DNA of 64,000 bases from positions 43,081-107,080 of IMG/VR virus record IMGVR_UViG_3300047470_000212; one strand, written 5' to 3'. The notes under the pieces are model-generated. The model did no database searches. It was given only the letters and a program-made list of their open reading frames with translations, and had not been told where the DNA came from. The stretch comes from a virus. The position numbers and the translations under genes were made by a program. Below, one piece after another: positions 49,377-58,368 of this stretch. Positions within the stretch are counted from its first letter, which is position 1. The number at the start of each line of letters is the position of its first letter.

Positions 49377-49711
49377 TGGCTTCTTCTTTCGTAAGGGTTA
49401 CCGGTTTTGCTGGACGGTCCAGCCTGGTTCTTTGACCGGGCCCTCTTCGTCCTCTGTTTGATTATGAGGGCAATCGGGGCCGGAATAGACATGCTGGCCC
49501 TCTTGGAAGATGCAACTCGTTACGTACATAGGTGTGCTCCTACAGGGAACTGCCTGCCTCGGCATTCGAGCCTACCGGCATTCCCCCGTCGGTTTCCCAT
49601 GGCTGGGATCCGGCGAATTGGTCTGCGGAAAGGAGAGCGCCGCGCAGGGGTGCCCCGTTGACGGTGAATGCGTAGCCGCCTGCGTAGGCGTCGCCGGTCG
49701 CGGGGATCGGT

Positions 49712-49918
49712 TCAGGTGTCTTCGGCATGGGAGCCCTCCCGGGCGGCCTCGAAGCCGGAGCGGAGCCGGGTCATCTTGACCTTGTAGGTGCGGAGCCGGG
49801 ACATGTGCTCGCAGGCTGACTCGACTATGGCGCCTACCTCTTCGAGGCAGCGGTCGAGCAGGTCTTCGATGTCGGCGATGTCGTCGCGCGTCTCGCGCGT
49901 CTGGGGCAGCAGTGGCAT
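49712..49918 (-). CDS. Hypothetical protein
   Basis: GGAG RBS, 68 aa. Confidence 0.55.
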   Translation of the reverse strand: MPLLPQTRETRDDIADIEDLLDRCLEEVGAIVESACEHMSRLRTYKVKMTRLRSGFEAAREGSHAEDT

Positions 49919-49919
49919 C

Positions 49920-50264
49920 TCAGGAACTCCTCCGTCGGCGCGGCCGGGGAGTCTGGTCGCTCTGGAACAGGTCCAGCACGTCTTCGAGGACGTCGGTGAC
50001 GGTGGCCTGCGCGGCGACGCTGTCCTGGGTGGCCTGCACCAGGTCTCGGGCGGCGGTGACCATCTGCTCGGCGAGGGGGACCACTTTCTCCGTAAGCGCG
50101 CGGAGCCTCTTGTTCTCTTCCACCTCGCGGCGGTAGGCCTTGCCAGAGACGACGACTTCAGTGACGAAGACCGCGAAGATGAAAGCCGCGATCGGGCCGA
50201 GGACGAGGGGGTTGTCAACGGACAAGCCTCCGCCCCCTGAGTCCGAAGCGAGAAAAACAAACAT
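49920..50264 (-). CDS. Membrane protein with coiled coil
   Basis: One TM segment; start codon inside a hairpin. Confidence 0.65.
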   Translation of the reverse strand: MFVFLASDSGGGGLSVDNPLVLGPIAAFIFAVFVTEVVVSGKAYRREVEENKRLRALTEKVVPLAEQMVTAARDLVQATQDSVAAQATVTDVLEDVLDLFQSDQTPRPRRRRSS

Positions 50265-50330
50265 CCCGGGTACCGCCCGTCGCTTAATTGTGCTTGCGAC
50301 TTAAGGATACCCGGGATGCCGTAATTGCTT

Positions 50331-50573
50331 TTAGATATGAAGACCGGCCTTCTTAAGCTGATTCTTGGCCTTGATCCAGCCAGGGGTCGCTCCGGTTAGC
50401 CCGCTGATGCAGACCGTGTTCCCCTTTGGGTCGACCCACCGGATGTGGTTTCCTCCGGTGACTGTCACCGTCCATTTGTCCTTTCGCGCCTTCTTTACGA
50501 CCTTCTCGATCTCCTTGTCGGCTCCGAGTCGGCCAGAGCTGCTGCTGGCCACTGGTGCACCCTTGCGGGCCAT
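50331..50573 (-). CDS. HicA-like RNase-fold protein, no adjacent HicB
   Basis: WTVTVTGGNHIRWVDPKG...LKKAGL; GGAGG RBS. Confidence 0.65.
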   Translation of the reverse strand: MARKGAPVASSSSGRLGADKEIEKVVKKARKDKWTVTVTGGNHIRWVDPKGNTVCISGLTGATPGWIKAKNQLKKAGLHI

Positions 50574-50813
50574 GGGTCCGCCTCCTTGTTCAATTTGGCT
50601 GTGCTGTTGTTTGTTAGCTACAGACTAGGGTGACGGATTATCAGTTAGCAAGCGGTTAGGGGGATTTACTTGACGTGACCCGGACCACAAACCACTGGTA
50701 ACCCCTTGACCTGCGGAAACTTGCCTCCCTGGCATATGCCAACCTCTGAGCGGTCCTGCACAGCACGAAGCCCCGACTGCCAGTGTGGCAGCCGGGGCTC
50801 GGCAGGGCGCGGA

Positions 50814-51332
50814 TCAGGCCTTGGTCCGGAGGGCTTCCAGGGTCTTGGCCAGCAGCGCGGAGTACTCCTCCTGGTGGGCGGCGATCAGGGCGGCCACGGC
50901 CATCTCTGTGGCCTTTTCGAACCGCTCCCTGTCCCGCTTCTCGTCTCCGCGAGCCGTGATGGCCGCGTTGCTCTCGGCGCAGGCGTAGTACAGGCCGTTA
51001 GCCGCCAGGCCTGCGGATGGCAGCCCGATCGCGTACCACTCGGGGCCGTTGTGGGCGAACACCTGGCCGTCCTTGAACATCTTCTCCAGCAGCCGCTCGG
51101 CGGCCGGGACGTCGATGACACGACGAGCCCAGGTGATCTCCGGGACGTTCCAGTCCCGGTCGGCGGTCACCGCTTGAGCGCACGCTACGAAGATGTCCTT
51201 CTTGCTCATGACGGCGTTGCCGAGGCGTTGCGGATCCCACTTGCCGAGGACGGCGAGGATGTCCTCCTTGGTGACCTCGACCTTCTCGACCACGGGGTCT
51301 CCGCCTACGGGGTAGCGACGGGGTCGGCTCAT
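50814..51332 (-). CDS. Hypothetical protein
   Basis: AGGAG RBS; co-oriented with upstream gene. Confidence 0.7.
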   Translation of the reverse strand: MSRPRRYPVGGDPVVEKVEVTKEDILAVLGKWDPQRLGNAVMSKKDIFVACAQAVTADRDWNVPEITWARRVIDVPAAERLLEKMFKDGQVFAHNGPEWYAIGLPSAGLAANGLYYACAESNAAITARGDEKRDRERFEKATEMAVAALIAAHQEEYSALLAKTLEALRTKA

Positions 51333-51345
51333 AACGCTCTCCTGC

Positions 51346-52488
51346 CTACTTTCCTATCGTCTTCCTGCGGCGCAGCGGATCCTTGCGCTGGGGGTCCACG
51401 GGGACAATCTGCGTGGGCGCGTCCGTCCCTTCCGGCAGGTCCTCCAGCTTGGTCCAGTAGGGCTCGATCCAGGTGGTGGTGGACTGCGTGCGCTGGCCGG
51501 ACTTCCCGGGCCCGATCCAGACCGTCTTGAAGTGGCCCGCTCTGTGCTGCGGCCCGTACTCGACGCCCGACGGGATGGAGATGCCGGAGCGGTTCAGTGC
51601 GGCAGCCCGCTGACGGGCGGTGTGCAGTTGAGGACCGACGTACCAACCGACACGGACCCAGAACGGGTCACGTTCCTTGGGCCTTCGCCCCTTGCCGGTC
51701 TTCTTCCTGCCCTGCGCCGTCGTCCACTCCGGGGGTTCCTTGACGTCCCGGTTGTCGGTGCACAGGTAGGTGAGGACCGCGAAGGCCTTCTGGAGGATGG
51801 GCCGGAAGGTCTTGACCGCGTCGCTGCGGTCCTTCCCGTCGGCGCTTCCGCCCTGCCACTCCTCGGCGAACCGGATGGCCTCTGCGGCCGTGAATGTCTT
51901 CCGGTCCATCGGGAGGGGGATGAGGTCTCGGTGACCTCCGGGAAGGATCTCCCCGGTGTCCTCGTCGACCACGTCGTAGCAGAAGAGGAGCGCCAGTCCG
52001 TCGCGGTCCGGGTCGTTGGAGTTGCACAGGCCCATTCCGGAGAAGCCGGTGATGAAGAAGCACCGCACGTAACCCTCTGCCAGGCCGCCACGGCCCTTGC
52101 CAGCAGGCCAAGGGTCGGGGATGACGACCATGGGGTTGATGTGCGGCAGCTTGTTGAACAGCTCGCCGGGAACCTTGTCCATCTTGGAGCGGTACAGGGC
52201 GTCGGCCAGCTCCTGGTGGAGGTCGTAGACGACCCGACCGTTGCGCTTCCACAGCTCGCTGGCGGCGATCTCCCCCATGAGGTCCCCGGTCCGCTCCAGA
52301 GTCGCCTGGTCGAACTGGACACGGTCCTGGGCGTCCCAGCCGGGAGCGATCCCGCGCATCATCGAGTCGATCCGTCGCGCGATCTTCGGGATGCTGCGTA
52401 GCTCCCGAGAAGCCTCGGTCAGCATGTCCACATGAGCCATGGCGGCCTTGTGCGCCTCGGCGGCCCTGCGGGTTCGGTCTTGTGCCAT
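51346..52488 (-). CDS. AcrVA2/FinQ-like protein
   Basis: W....VY.....L..AL; P...LP; LTYLC; VG..VG..L; HRAGHFKTVWIGP..WIEP (recalled family pattern). Confidence 0.55.
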   Translation of the reverse strand: MAQDRTRRAAEAHKAAMAHVDMLTEASRELRSIPKIARRIDSMMRGIAPGWDAQDRVQFDQATLERTGDLMGEIAASELWKRNGRVVYDLHQELADALYRSKMDKVPGELFNKLPHINPMVVIPDPWPAGKGRGGLAEGYVRCFFITGFSGMGLCNSNDPDRDGLALLFCYDVVDEDTGEILPGGHRDLIPLPMDRKTFTAAEAIRFAEEWQGGSADGKDRSDAVKTFRPILQKAFAVLTYLCTDNRDVKEPPEWTTAQGRKKTGKGRRPKERDPFWVRVGWYVGPQLHTARQRAAALNRSGISIPSGVEYGPQHRAGHFKTVWIGPGKSGQRTQSTTTWIEPYWTKLEDLPEGTDAPTQIVPVDPQRKDPLRRRKTIGK

Positions 52489-52523
52489 CGATCCCTCCCT
52501 GACGTGCAAATCCTACGGGCAGA

Positions 52524-52552
52524 AATCTACCCAGCACGCTACGCACTGTCAA
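52524..52552 (-). promoter_or_regulatory. Strong principal-sigma promoter
   Basis: TTGACA-17-TAGATT. Confidence 0.75.
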
Positions 52553-52700
52553 GCGGTCTCATTAATCAGCTTGACTAAAGATTCCGGGAAGCACGAAACC
52601 CCGGCCACTGCCACGGGGGGAGCAGTACAGACCGGGGTTTCGCTGATCCTCCTCCAGCCGCTCGACCTGTCCAAGGGTGGGGCCGACCGAAGGAGGACTC

Positions 52701-52943
52701 TTATGGGTTGGGCAGTGGCTCTTCGTGCCGCGTCACGCGGTAGTAGTTGGTGGTCTGGAGCCGGAAGCCGGTGTGCTTGGTTCGGCCGGTGTGCTTCATG
52801 GCCCAGTCGCGGGCGTCATCGAGAGAAACGCACCCGGACTGCTCGGGGCAGCTCGTGCAGAACATCTCCTCCATGTCCCGCTCGGCCGCCGGGTCCAGGT
52901 CGATCGAGTGCATCACGTACTTCCAAACAGACTTGAGGCTCAC
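52701..52943 (-). CDS. Small zinc-binding protein of the type found next to Streptomyces XRE/DUF397 loci
   Basis: CTSC...WAMKHTG..HTGF. Confidence 0.65.
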   Translation of the reverse strand: MSLKSVWKYVMHSIDLDPAAERDMEEMFCTSCPEQSGCVSLDDARDWAMKHTGRTKHTGFRLQTTNYYRVTRHEEPLPNP

Positions 52944-53167
52944 AGCTCGCCCCTACTCCTGGCGTTGGCCGCAGCCACGCCGGGGCTCAACTCCTCGGAC
53001 ACCGTCGGCTTCCGCAGGACCTCCCGGTCCGCCCACCACTCCGTACCACCACCGACCGGCCGGAGCGCGATGTTCTTGGGCCAGATCTCCATGACCAGCC
53101 CCAGACGCTGCCTTTGGGTGTCGAAGGCCAGCTTGCCTTCCTCGGGCGAGAACGCCTCCTCAGCCAC
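52940..53167 (-). CDS. Small SH3-like hypothetical protein
   Basis: LGLVM...LRPVGGGTEW. Confidence 0.65.
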   Translation of the reverse strand: MAEEAFSPEEGKLAFDTQRQRLGLVMEIWPKNIALRPVGGGTEWWADREVLRKPTVSEELSPGVAAANARSRGEL

Positions 53168-53441
53168 GGGACAGCACCCCTCTCCTGATGATCTCCGCCA
53201 GGTCCTCGATGACGTCCGGCCGGGCCCGCCCGAGGTCGACCAGCGGGCTGGTGAACCCCGGACCCCCCTGGCCGCGTGCGATCTCCACGCTCGGCAGGGT
53301 GATCTCCGCTGCCCGCAGAGCCTCCTGTAACGCCCCCATTGCCTTCCGGGCCTCCCCCTCCGTCCAATTCACCGGAGGGGCGGGACTGCTGGCCTTCGTG
53401 GAGTTCTGGTCTTCCTGCATCCGCCCACTCCTCGCATCCAC
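53160..53441 (-). CDS. Hypothetical protein
   Basis: LQEALRAAEITLPSV...PLVDLG. Confidence 0.6.
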   Translation of the reverse strand: MDARSGRMQEDQNSTKASSPAPPVNWTEGEARKAMGALQEALRAAEITLPSVEIARGQGGPGFTSPLVDLGRARPDVIEDLAEIIRRGVLSRG

Positions 53442-53649
53442 CGTGCGGCCCTAACCCAACGGCCGCCTTGGGTCACGCAGTTGTCAAGCCGAGTGACCGC
53501 TTCGCCACCCTGCGCTAGTAGCATGCTCCCCAATTCGCCATGGTGCAAGTGCATGAGCCGGGCAAGTGCACGAAGGGGTGAAGGCTGTTGCGTGATAAGA
53601 GGGGGTGGCAGACTGTGGGGCGATACCCGCAACCAGGGAGGGAGCGCAG

Positions 53650-54504
53650 GTGGACAGTCCAACCGTGCTGAGACGACGACTCGGCACCGAGCTGCGCAAC
53701 ATGCGCGTGGCCAAGGGACTGACCGGGGCGGCAGTTGCGCAGCAGTTTGGTTGGTCCGAATCCAAGGTCAGCCGGATCGAGTCCGGGAAGTCTCCGCTAT
53801 CCGACAAGGATGCCAAAGACCTGCTGGGCTTGTACGGCGTAGCTGAGCAACGGGAGGTCCAGCAGTTCGTCGGGCTGGTCCGGAGGAGTCGTCAGCCTGG
53901 CTGGTGGCACTCCTACGGTGACGCGCTTCCCGAGTGGTTCAAGGCCTACGTGGGCTTCGAGTCGGACGCCTCGGTGATCCGCACTTACCAGACCGAGCTG
54001 ATCCCTGGACTTCTCCAGTCGGAGGAGTACGCGCGGGCTGTCATCAGGGCGATGAACACTGATGACTCCGTCGAGGAGGTTGAGCGCAGGGCGTCACTGC
54101 GCATCCAGCGGCAGGAGATTTTCGATCGTCCTTCGCCGCCGAAGTTCTGGACCGTCCTCAACGAGGCGGTGCTACGACGTGTGGTGGGCTCGCCGAAGGT
54201 CATGGCTGAACAACTCGACCACCTGGCGGCCCTCGTGGACGCTCACCCGAGCGTCACTGTCCAGATCCTGCCTTTTGATGCCGGGGCCCACGCCAGCATG
54301 GGGTACAGCTTCTCGCTCATGTCCTTCGAGGACGTGCCCGGGAGCATCGCTTACTCCGAGGCGCTGACCAGTGCCACGTACATGGAGAAGCCAGCGGATG
54401 TGGACCAGCATGACGAGATCTTCCAGCGACTCCTGGCGGCATCCACTCGGCCAAACCGTTCCATCGACTGGCTAAGAGAAACAGCAAGGGAGTACAAGGC
54501 GTGA
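53650..54504 (+). CDS. XRE HTH-DUF5753 regulator (WhiJ/Scr1-like)
   Basis: RRRLGTELR..SKVSRIESG; IPGLLQSEEYARA; EAVLRR; VQILPF. Confidence 0.93.
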   Translation: MDSPTVLRRRLGTELRNMRVAKGLTGAAVAQQFGWSESKVSRIESGKSPLSDKDAKDLLGLYGVAEQREVQQFVGLVRRSRQPGWWHSYGDALPEWFKAYVGFESDASVIRTYQTELIPGLLQSEEYARAVIRAMNTDDSVEEVERRASLRIQRQEIFDRPSPPKFWTVLNEAVLRRVVGSPKVMAEQLDHLAALVDAHPSVTVQILPFDAGAHASMGYSFSLMSFEDVPGSIAYSEALTSATYMEKPADVDQHDEIFQRLLAASTRPNRSIDWLRETAREYKA

Positions 54505-54698
54505 ACACCGACGAGCTGGTCTTCCGCAAGAGCAGCTACAGCAACGGTCAGGGAGACTGCGTGGAGGTGGCGGTCACGCGTGACGGCGGCCGGGCTGTGC
54601 GTGACTCCAAGAACCCCGCCGGGGGCCTCCACTTCTTCAATCCGTCGGAGTGGGCTGCCTTCGTGGCGGGAGTGAAGGATGGCGAGTTCGACAACTGA
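54501..54698 (+). CDS. DUF397 protein (BldB/Scr2-like)
   Basis: RKSSYS...CVEVA...VRDSKNP...WAAFV. Confidence 0.95.
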   Translation: MNTDELVFRKSSYSNGQGDCVEVAVTRDGGRAVRDSKNPAGGLHFFNPSEWAAFVAGVKDGEFDN

Positions 54699-54709
54699 GT
54701 TACGACACA

Positions 54710-54749
54710 GAGAAGCCCCCGACCTCGTACTGAGGTTCGGGGGCTTCTC
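54710..54749. terminator. Bidirectional terminator
   Basis: GAGAAGCCCCCGA...TCGGGGGCTTCTC. Confidence 0.7.
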
Positions 54750-54756
54750 GTTGGAA

Positions 54757-55263
54757 CTACAGCCACTCTCCGGTCAGGGCGCCGTGGACGTCGGCTTCCC
54801 GGTAGGTATCCGGCTTGAGGATCTTGCCGTCCTCGCGGCGGATGACCTGGCCGTCGACCACCTTGCTCATGTTCGAGCGGTGGACCTCTCTGAAGACGGC
54901 CTCCAGGGGGATCTCCAGGAGGTCGGCGGTGCCGTAGACGACGTACAGGACGTCGGCCAGTTCCTTGGCCAGGGCCGCGTACCGGTACGGCGCCTCAACG
55001 GTGTGCAGGCCGGTGATGGTGGCGGCCGGGTTGGCCTCGAAGTAGTCGTCCATGATCTGCGTCTTGCGGTAGTTCAGAAGGGCCTCCAGGGCCTCCTGGA
55101 CCTCCTCGGCGATGAGGGTGGACCGCAGGGAAATCAGGTCGTCCCGGGCGGCCTCGTCACGCTCGATGAAGGGCTTCTCCCCCACCGCCTGGTGCCACTG
55201 TCTGACGGCTTCCATGGGGCGGTGGGGCTGGGTATGAAGCAGGGTGCGCGGGGTGTTCGTCAC
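54757..55263 (-). CDS. MazG-like nucleotide pyrophosphohydrolase
   Basis: LIAEEVQE, KELADVLYV, EVHRSNMSK, DGKILKP. Confidence 0.88.
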   Translation of the reverse strand: MTNTPRTLLHTQPHRPMEAVRQWHQAVGEKPFIERDEAARDDLISLRSTLIAEEVQEALEALLNYRKTQIMDDYFEANPAATITGLHTVEAPYRYAALAKELADVLYVVYGTADLLEIPLEAVFREVHRSNMSKVVDGQVIRREDGKILKPDTYREADVHGALTGEWL

Positions 55264-55274
55264 AGGTTCTCCAG

Positions 55275-55751
55275 TCACGCGGGGAGGATGAGGTCCAGGT
55301 CCACCGGCCGGACGTTCTGCGGCAGGCGGTTGTCGTCGAAGAGGTGGACTCCGGCGCGCTCGTAGGCCAGGTCGACCAACTGCGAGCAGATGAGCCGGTC
55401 CTGCCGCTGGATGCGACGGTCCACCCACCCGATGGAGATGTGGAACCGCTTGAGGGCCAGCGCCAGGATGTCCAGCCAGCCGTACGGAGTACCTACCAGG
55501 GAAACCGCGTTCGCCCAGATCTGCTCCCGGGTGGCTTCCGGGAGCGAGGTATGAAGGTTGAAGCGGGCGTTGGGGTACTGCCTGATGTCGCCGAAGGCCG
55601 CGCCCGAGGGGTTGGCCTCGACGATGAGCCCGCCGGGGCCGACGATGAAGGCGTGGTTCACGCGACCGCCGGTGAACTTGCGTATGACCCAGCCCGCGAA
55701 GCCGCCGGTCGCGGTGACGCCGAAGGAGCCGATCGGAGGAGTGTCAGGCAT
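55275..55751 (-). CDS. Permuted papain-like (YiiX/NlpC) amidase
   Basis: NHAFIV..EA; GTPYGW; ICSQLVDLAY. Confidence 0.8.
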   Translation of the reverse strand: MPDTPPIGSFGVTATGGFAGWVIRKFTGGRVNHAFIVGPGGLIVEANPSGAAFGDIRQYPNARFNLHTSLPEATREQIWANAVSLVGTPYGWLDILALALKRFHISIGWVDRRIQRQDRLICSQLVDLAYERAGVHLFDDNRLPQNVRPVDLDLILPA

Positions 55752-56010
55752 TCTGGCCGTCCTCCTTGTCCTTCTTGTCCTTCTTGGCCGACCAGGCGCT
55801 CAGTTCGTCGTACCAGGCGAGGTAGTCGCCGTAGCCGCCCTTGCGTCCGCCGAAGGAGAACGGGTTCAGGCCGTAGCGGATCGGGCCGTAGGGCCAGCCC
55901 TCGTCGTCCCGCTCGACCACGGTGGTGACGGTCTTGGAGAACTCGCTCCAGTTGCCGTCCTTGTCCTTCTCGCTGTGGACCACGGTGGTCGTTGTCGTCC
56001 TACGCGACAC
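55744..56010 (-). CDS. Hypothetical protein
   Basis: Overlapping operon gene. Confidence 0.6.
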   Translation of the reverse strand: MSRRTTTTTVVHSEKDKDGNWSEFSKTVTTVVERDDEGWPYGPIRYGLNPFSFGGRKGGYGDYLAWYDELSAWSAKKDKKDKEDGQNA

Positions 56011-56194
56011 TGTCTTCCTCCAGGTTGTACTTGCCGTAGAAGTCGATGTGCAGGGAGTCGTTGTTCTCCGCGCGGTCCAGCCAGCGTTTGGCGAAGACCT
56101 CGCGGGAGTAGAAGAGAGTCCTGGCGGCCCAGGTGCCGTCCTTGTTGATCAGCACCCGGACCTTCCAGAGGTGGTTGTCCCTAGCCGTCCGCAC
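56000..56194 (-). CDS. Hypothetical protein
   Basis: Overlapping operon gene. Confidence 0.55.
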   Translation of the reverse strand: MRTARDNHLWKVRVLINKDGTWAARTLFYSREVFAKRWLDRAENNDSLHIDFYGKYNLEEDSVA

Positions 56195-56501
56195 GCGCAG
56201 CCCCTCCGGGCAAGATATGAAGCGCGCCGGGCTGGCCGAGGTCCATGAACGGCTCGGCGATCTGGACGGCGACCTGCGTGAAGGCTTCGCCGATCTGCTC
56301 CTGCAAGCCGCCCAGTCCCTGCAACTGGTCGGCCAACTCCAGCAGGGTGCCGACGATGTCCTTGATCGCGACGTAGTACTCGCCGCTGTCGTCGTCCCGC
56401 ATGAAGCGGTAGGTGGCCTCGTGCTCGGACGTGGTCTCGGTGAGGATGCTCAAGGGGTTCTCCAGGGTGGTGGTGCCATCAGAGCCAGATGCGGTGCTCA
56501 C
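56181..56501 (-). CDS. Hypothetical protein
   Basis: Overlapping operon gene. Confidence 0.6.
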   Translation of the reverse strand: MSTASGSDGTTTLENPLSILTETTSEHEATYRFMRDDDSGEYYVAIKDIVGTLLELADQLQGLGGLQEQIGEAFTQVAVQIAEPFMDLGQPGALHILPGGAARADG

Positions 56502-57720
56502 TGGTAACGCGTCCCTTCTCGGGGTGGATGAAGTGCAGGCGCTGGGAGGGGTCTCCCGTGGCCGCGACGAACTCGTGGGCGTAGATGTTGTCCGACTCCG
56601 GCGAGCCGGTCATGAAGACCGAGCCGCCGTTGGCCATCTGCAACTGCATGGCCTGGTGGTAGTGGCCGATGTACAGGTCGCGGAAGGAAGGCAGGACGCC
56701 GGAGGCCCACTGGTTGGCCTTGCGGAGGATGCCGTAGGCCGGGATGTTGCCGCCGAAACTCTTGATCTCGTCGCCGTGGATCGCCATCGCGGAGTAGTTG
56801 CCGATGGTGAAATGCTGGTACCAGTCCCCCGACGTCTGGAACTTCGTCAGCCGGGGCTCGTGGGCCAGGCGCTGCTTCACGATGTTGTAGACCATGCGGT
56901 CCACGTTGTCCGAGGCCTTGATGCCGTCGCCCTTGCGGCCGAGCCTGCCATGGTTGCCGTACTCGGCGACAACCTCGACCGTCTCGTAGGTATGAAGCGC
57001 CTGCGTGATCGTCCAGATCATCAGGTCGGCGACGTCAAACATCTGCTCGTACAACGTGCCATCCAACTCCCAGACCTGGCCGGGGAAGATGGAGACGCCT
57101 TCGACCATGTCTCCGGTGAACAGCAGCACGCCGTGCTTGACCGGGTGGTCGGCCCGCTGGATGTCGGTGATCTCGGCGGCCTTCTCGACGTACTTCTCGA
57201 TCCGCCTGTGCATGATCTCGCGGTCGTACGTCTCGGTCCGCTTGCCGCCCTGCCAGTCGGTGAGGTGCCACAGGGCTACCTCGGTCGGCTTCATGCGGGT
57301 GTCAGCGATGGGCGGAGTGACGTCGCGCTGGCCGACGTACTGGGCGGCATCCGTGGCCGCGCGGTAGACGGCTTCGATGTACTCGTCGCCGCGCGCCTTG
57401 GCCTTCTTGTAGGCCGCGAACAGACGGCGGTTGTCAGCCTCCAGGGAAGCGATGCGCTCCTCCTGGCCGACCTCCTCCGTGTCCTCGGCCACTGCCTCCG
57501 GATCGCCCTGCTCGGGCTCGGTATGAAGCGTCTTGCGGCCGGGCTCGACCAGGATGGCCCGCTTGTACTCGTTGGCCTTGCGCCAGCGCCGGACGGCGGT
57601 CTCGGACGTCTCGACGCCGTTGAAGACGAGGTCGTCGGCAGCGGCCTGGTGGCCGACGTTCGGGTCCATGAGGATCTGCTGGACCCACTCGACGTCGATC
57701 ATGTCCTGAAGCGTGCTCAA
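56479..57720 (-). CDS. Calcineurin-like metallophosphoesterase with N-terminal extension
   Basis: TDWQ, GDMVEG, GNHG, HGD, GHYH; TTG start with GAGG RBS. Confidence 0.85.
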   Translation of the reverse strand: MSTLQDMIDVEWVQQILMDPNVGHQAAADDLVFNGVETSETAVRRWRKANEYKRAILVEPGRKTLHTEPEQGDPEAVAEDTEEVGQEERIASLEADNRRLFAAYKKAKARGDEYIEAVYRAATDAAQYVGQRDVTPPIADTRMKPTEVALWHLTDWQGGKRTETYDREIMHRRIEKYVEKAAEITDIQRADHPVKHGVLLFTGDMVEGVSIFPGQVWELDGTLYEQMFDVADLMIWTITQALHTYETVEVVAEYGNHGRLGRKGDGIKASDNVDRMVYNIVKQRLAHEPRLTKFQTSGDWYQHFTIGNYSAMAIHGDEIKSFGGNIPAYGILRKANQWASGVLPSFRDLYIGHYHQAMQLQMANGGSVFMTGSPESDNIYAHEFVAATGDPSQRLHFIHPEKGRVTSEHRIWL

Positions 57721-57922
57721 GGGTGTTCCTCTCACAGGGGATGAGGTGGTGTCAGCCCGTCTCCGGGCCAACGACGGTTACGCTATCAGGGTTATTGCTT
57801 CCTAGCAACACTTCACTTCGGGAGTGAGCCGGTTTCACCACAAGGGTGAGCAGCGACTACAACCGTCTGACCTGCACATCCTAGACTTGTTATCGGATCC
57901 AAAGCGATAACTAGGAGTCTCC

Positions 57923-58297
57923 ATGAGTGAAATCGGTGGCAATCTCTTCGTCGTAACCGCGACGGACGCTGCCCAGCCTGTCCTCCCGCTGCCGTTCGCG
58001 GCCGACCTGACCAAGGTCTACGTCAACCTGGCTACGGCTGGCTCGACCAACACCGTGGTCAACGTCAAGAAGAACGGCACCAACGTCACGGGCGCGGCCG
58101 TCACCCTCGCCAACACCGTGACGAAGGCCAACGTGGGCATCGTCAACCCATACATCGGCCAGAACATCGTGACCCCGGCCGTCAACAACGTCGCCCCGCT
58201 GGCGTCCTTCGCGGCCGGTGACACCGTCCAGGTCTCGACTGCCCTGGGTACGTCGGCTGTCGGCGCGGGCGTCGTGCTGGTCTTCGAGCAGCGCTGA
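57923..58297 (+). CDS. Hypothetical beta-rich protein
   Basis: AGGAG RBS; hairpin downstream. Confidence 0.7.
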   Translation: MSEIGGNLFVVTATDAAQPVLPLPFAADLTKVYVNLATAGSTNTVVNVKKNGTNVTGAAVTLANTVTKANVGIVNPYIGQNIVTPAVNNVAPLASFAAGDTVQVSTALGTSAVGAGVVLVFEQR

Positions 58298-58368
58298 CCC
58301 AACCACAAAGCCCCTGGACTGCCACTGTTTCGGCGGTCCGGGGGCTTTCTGCTACCCAAGGAGGGACC

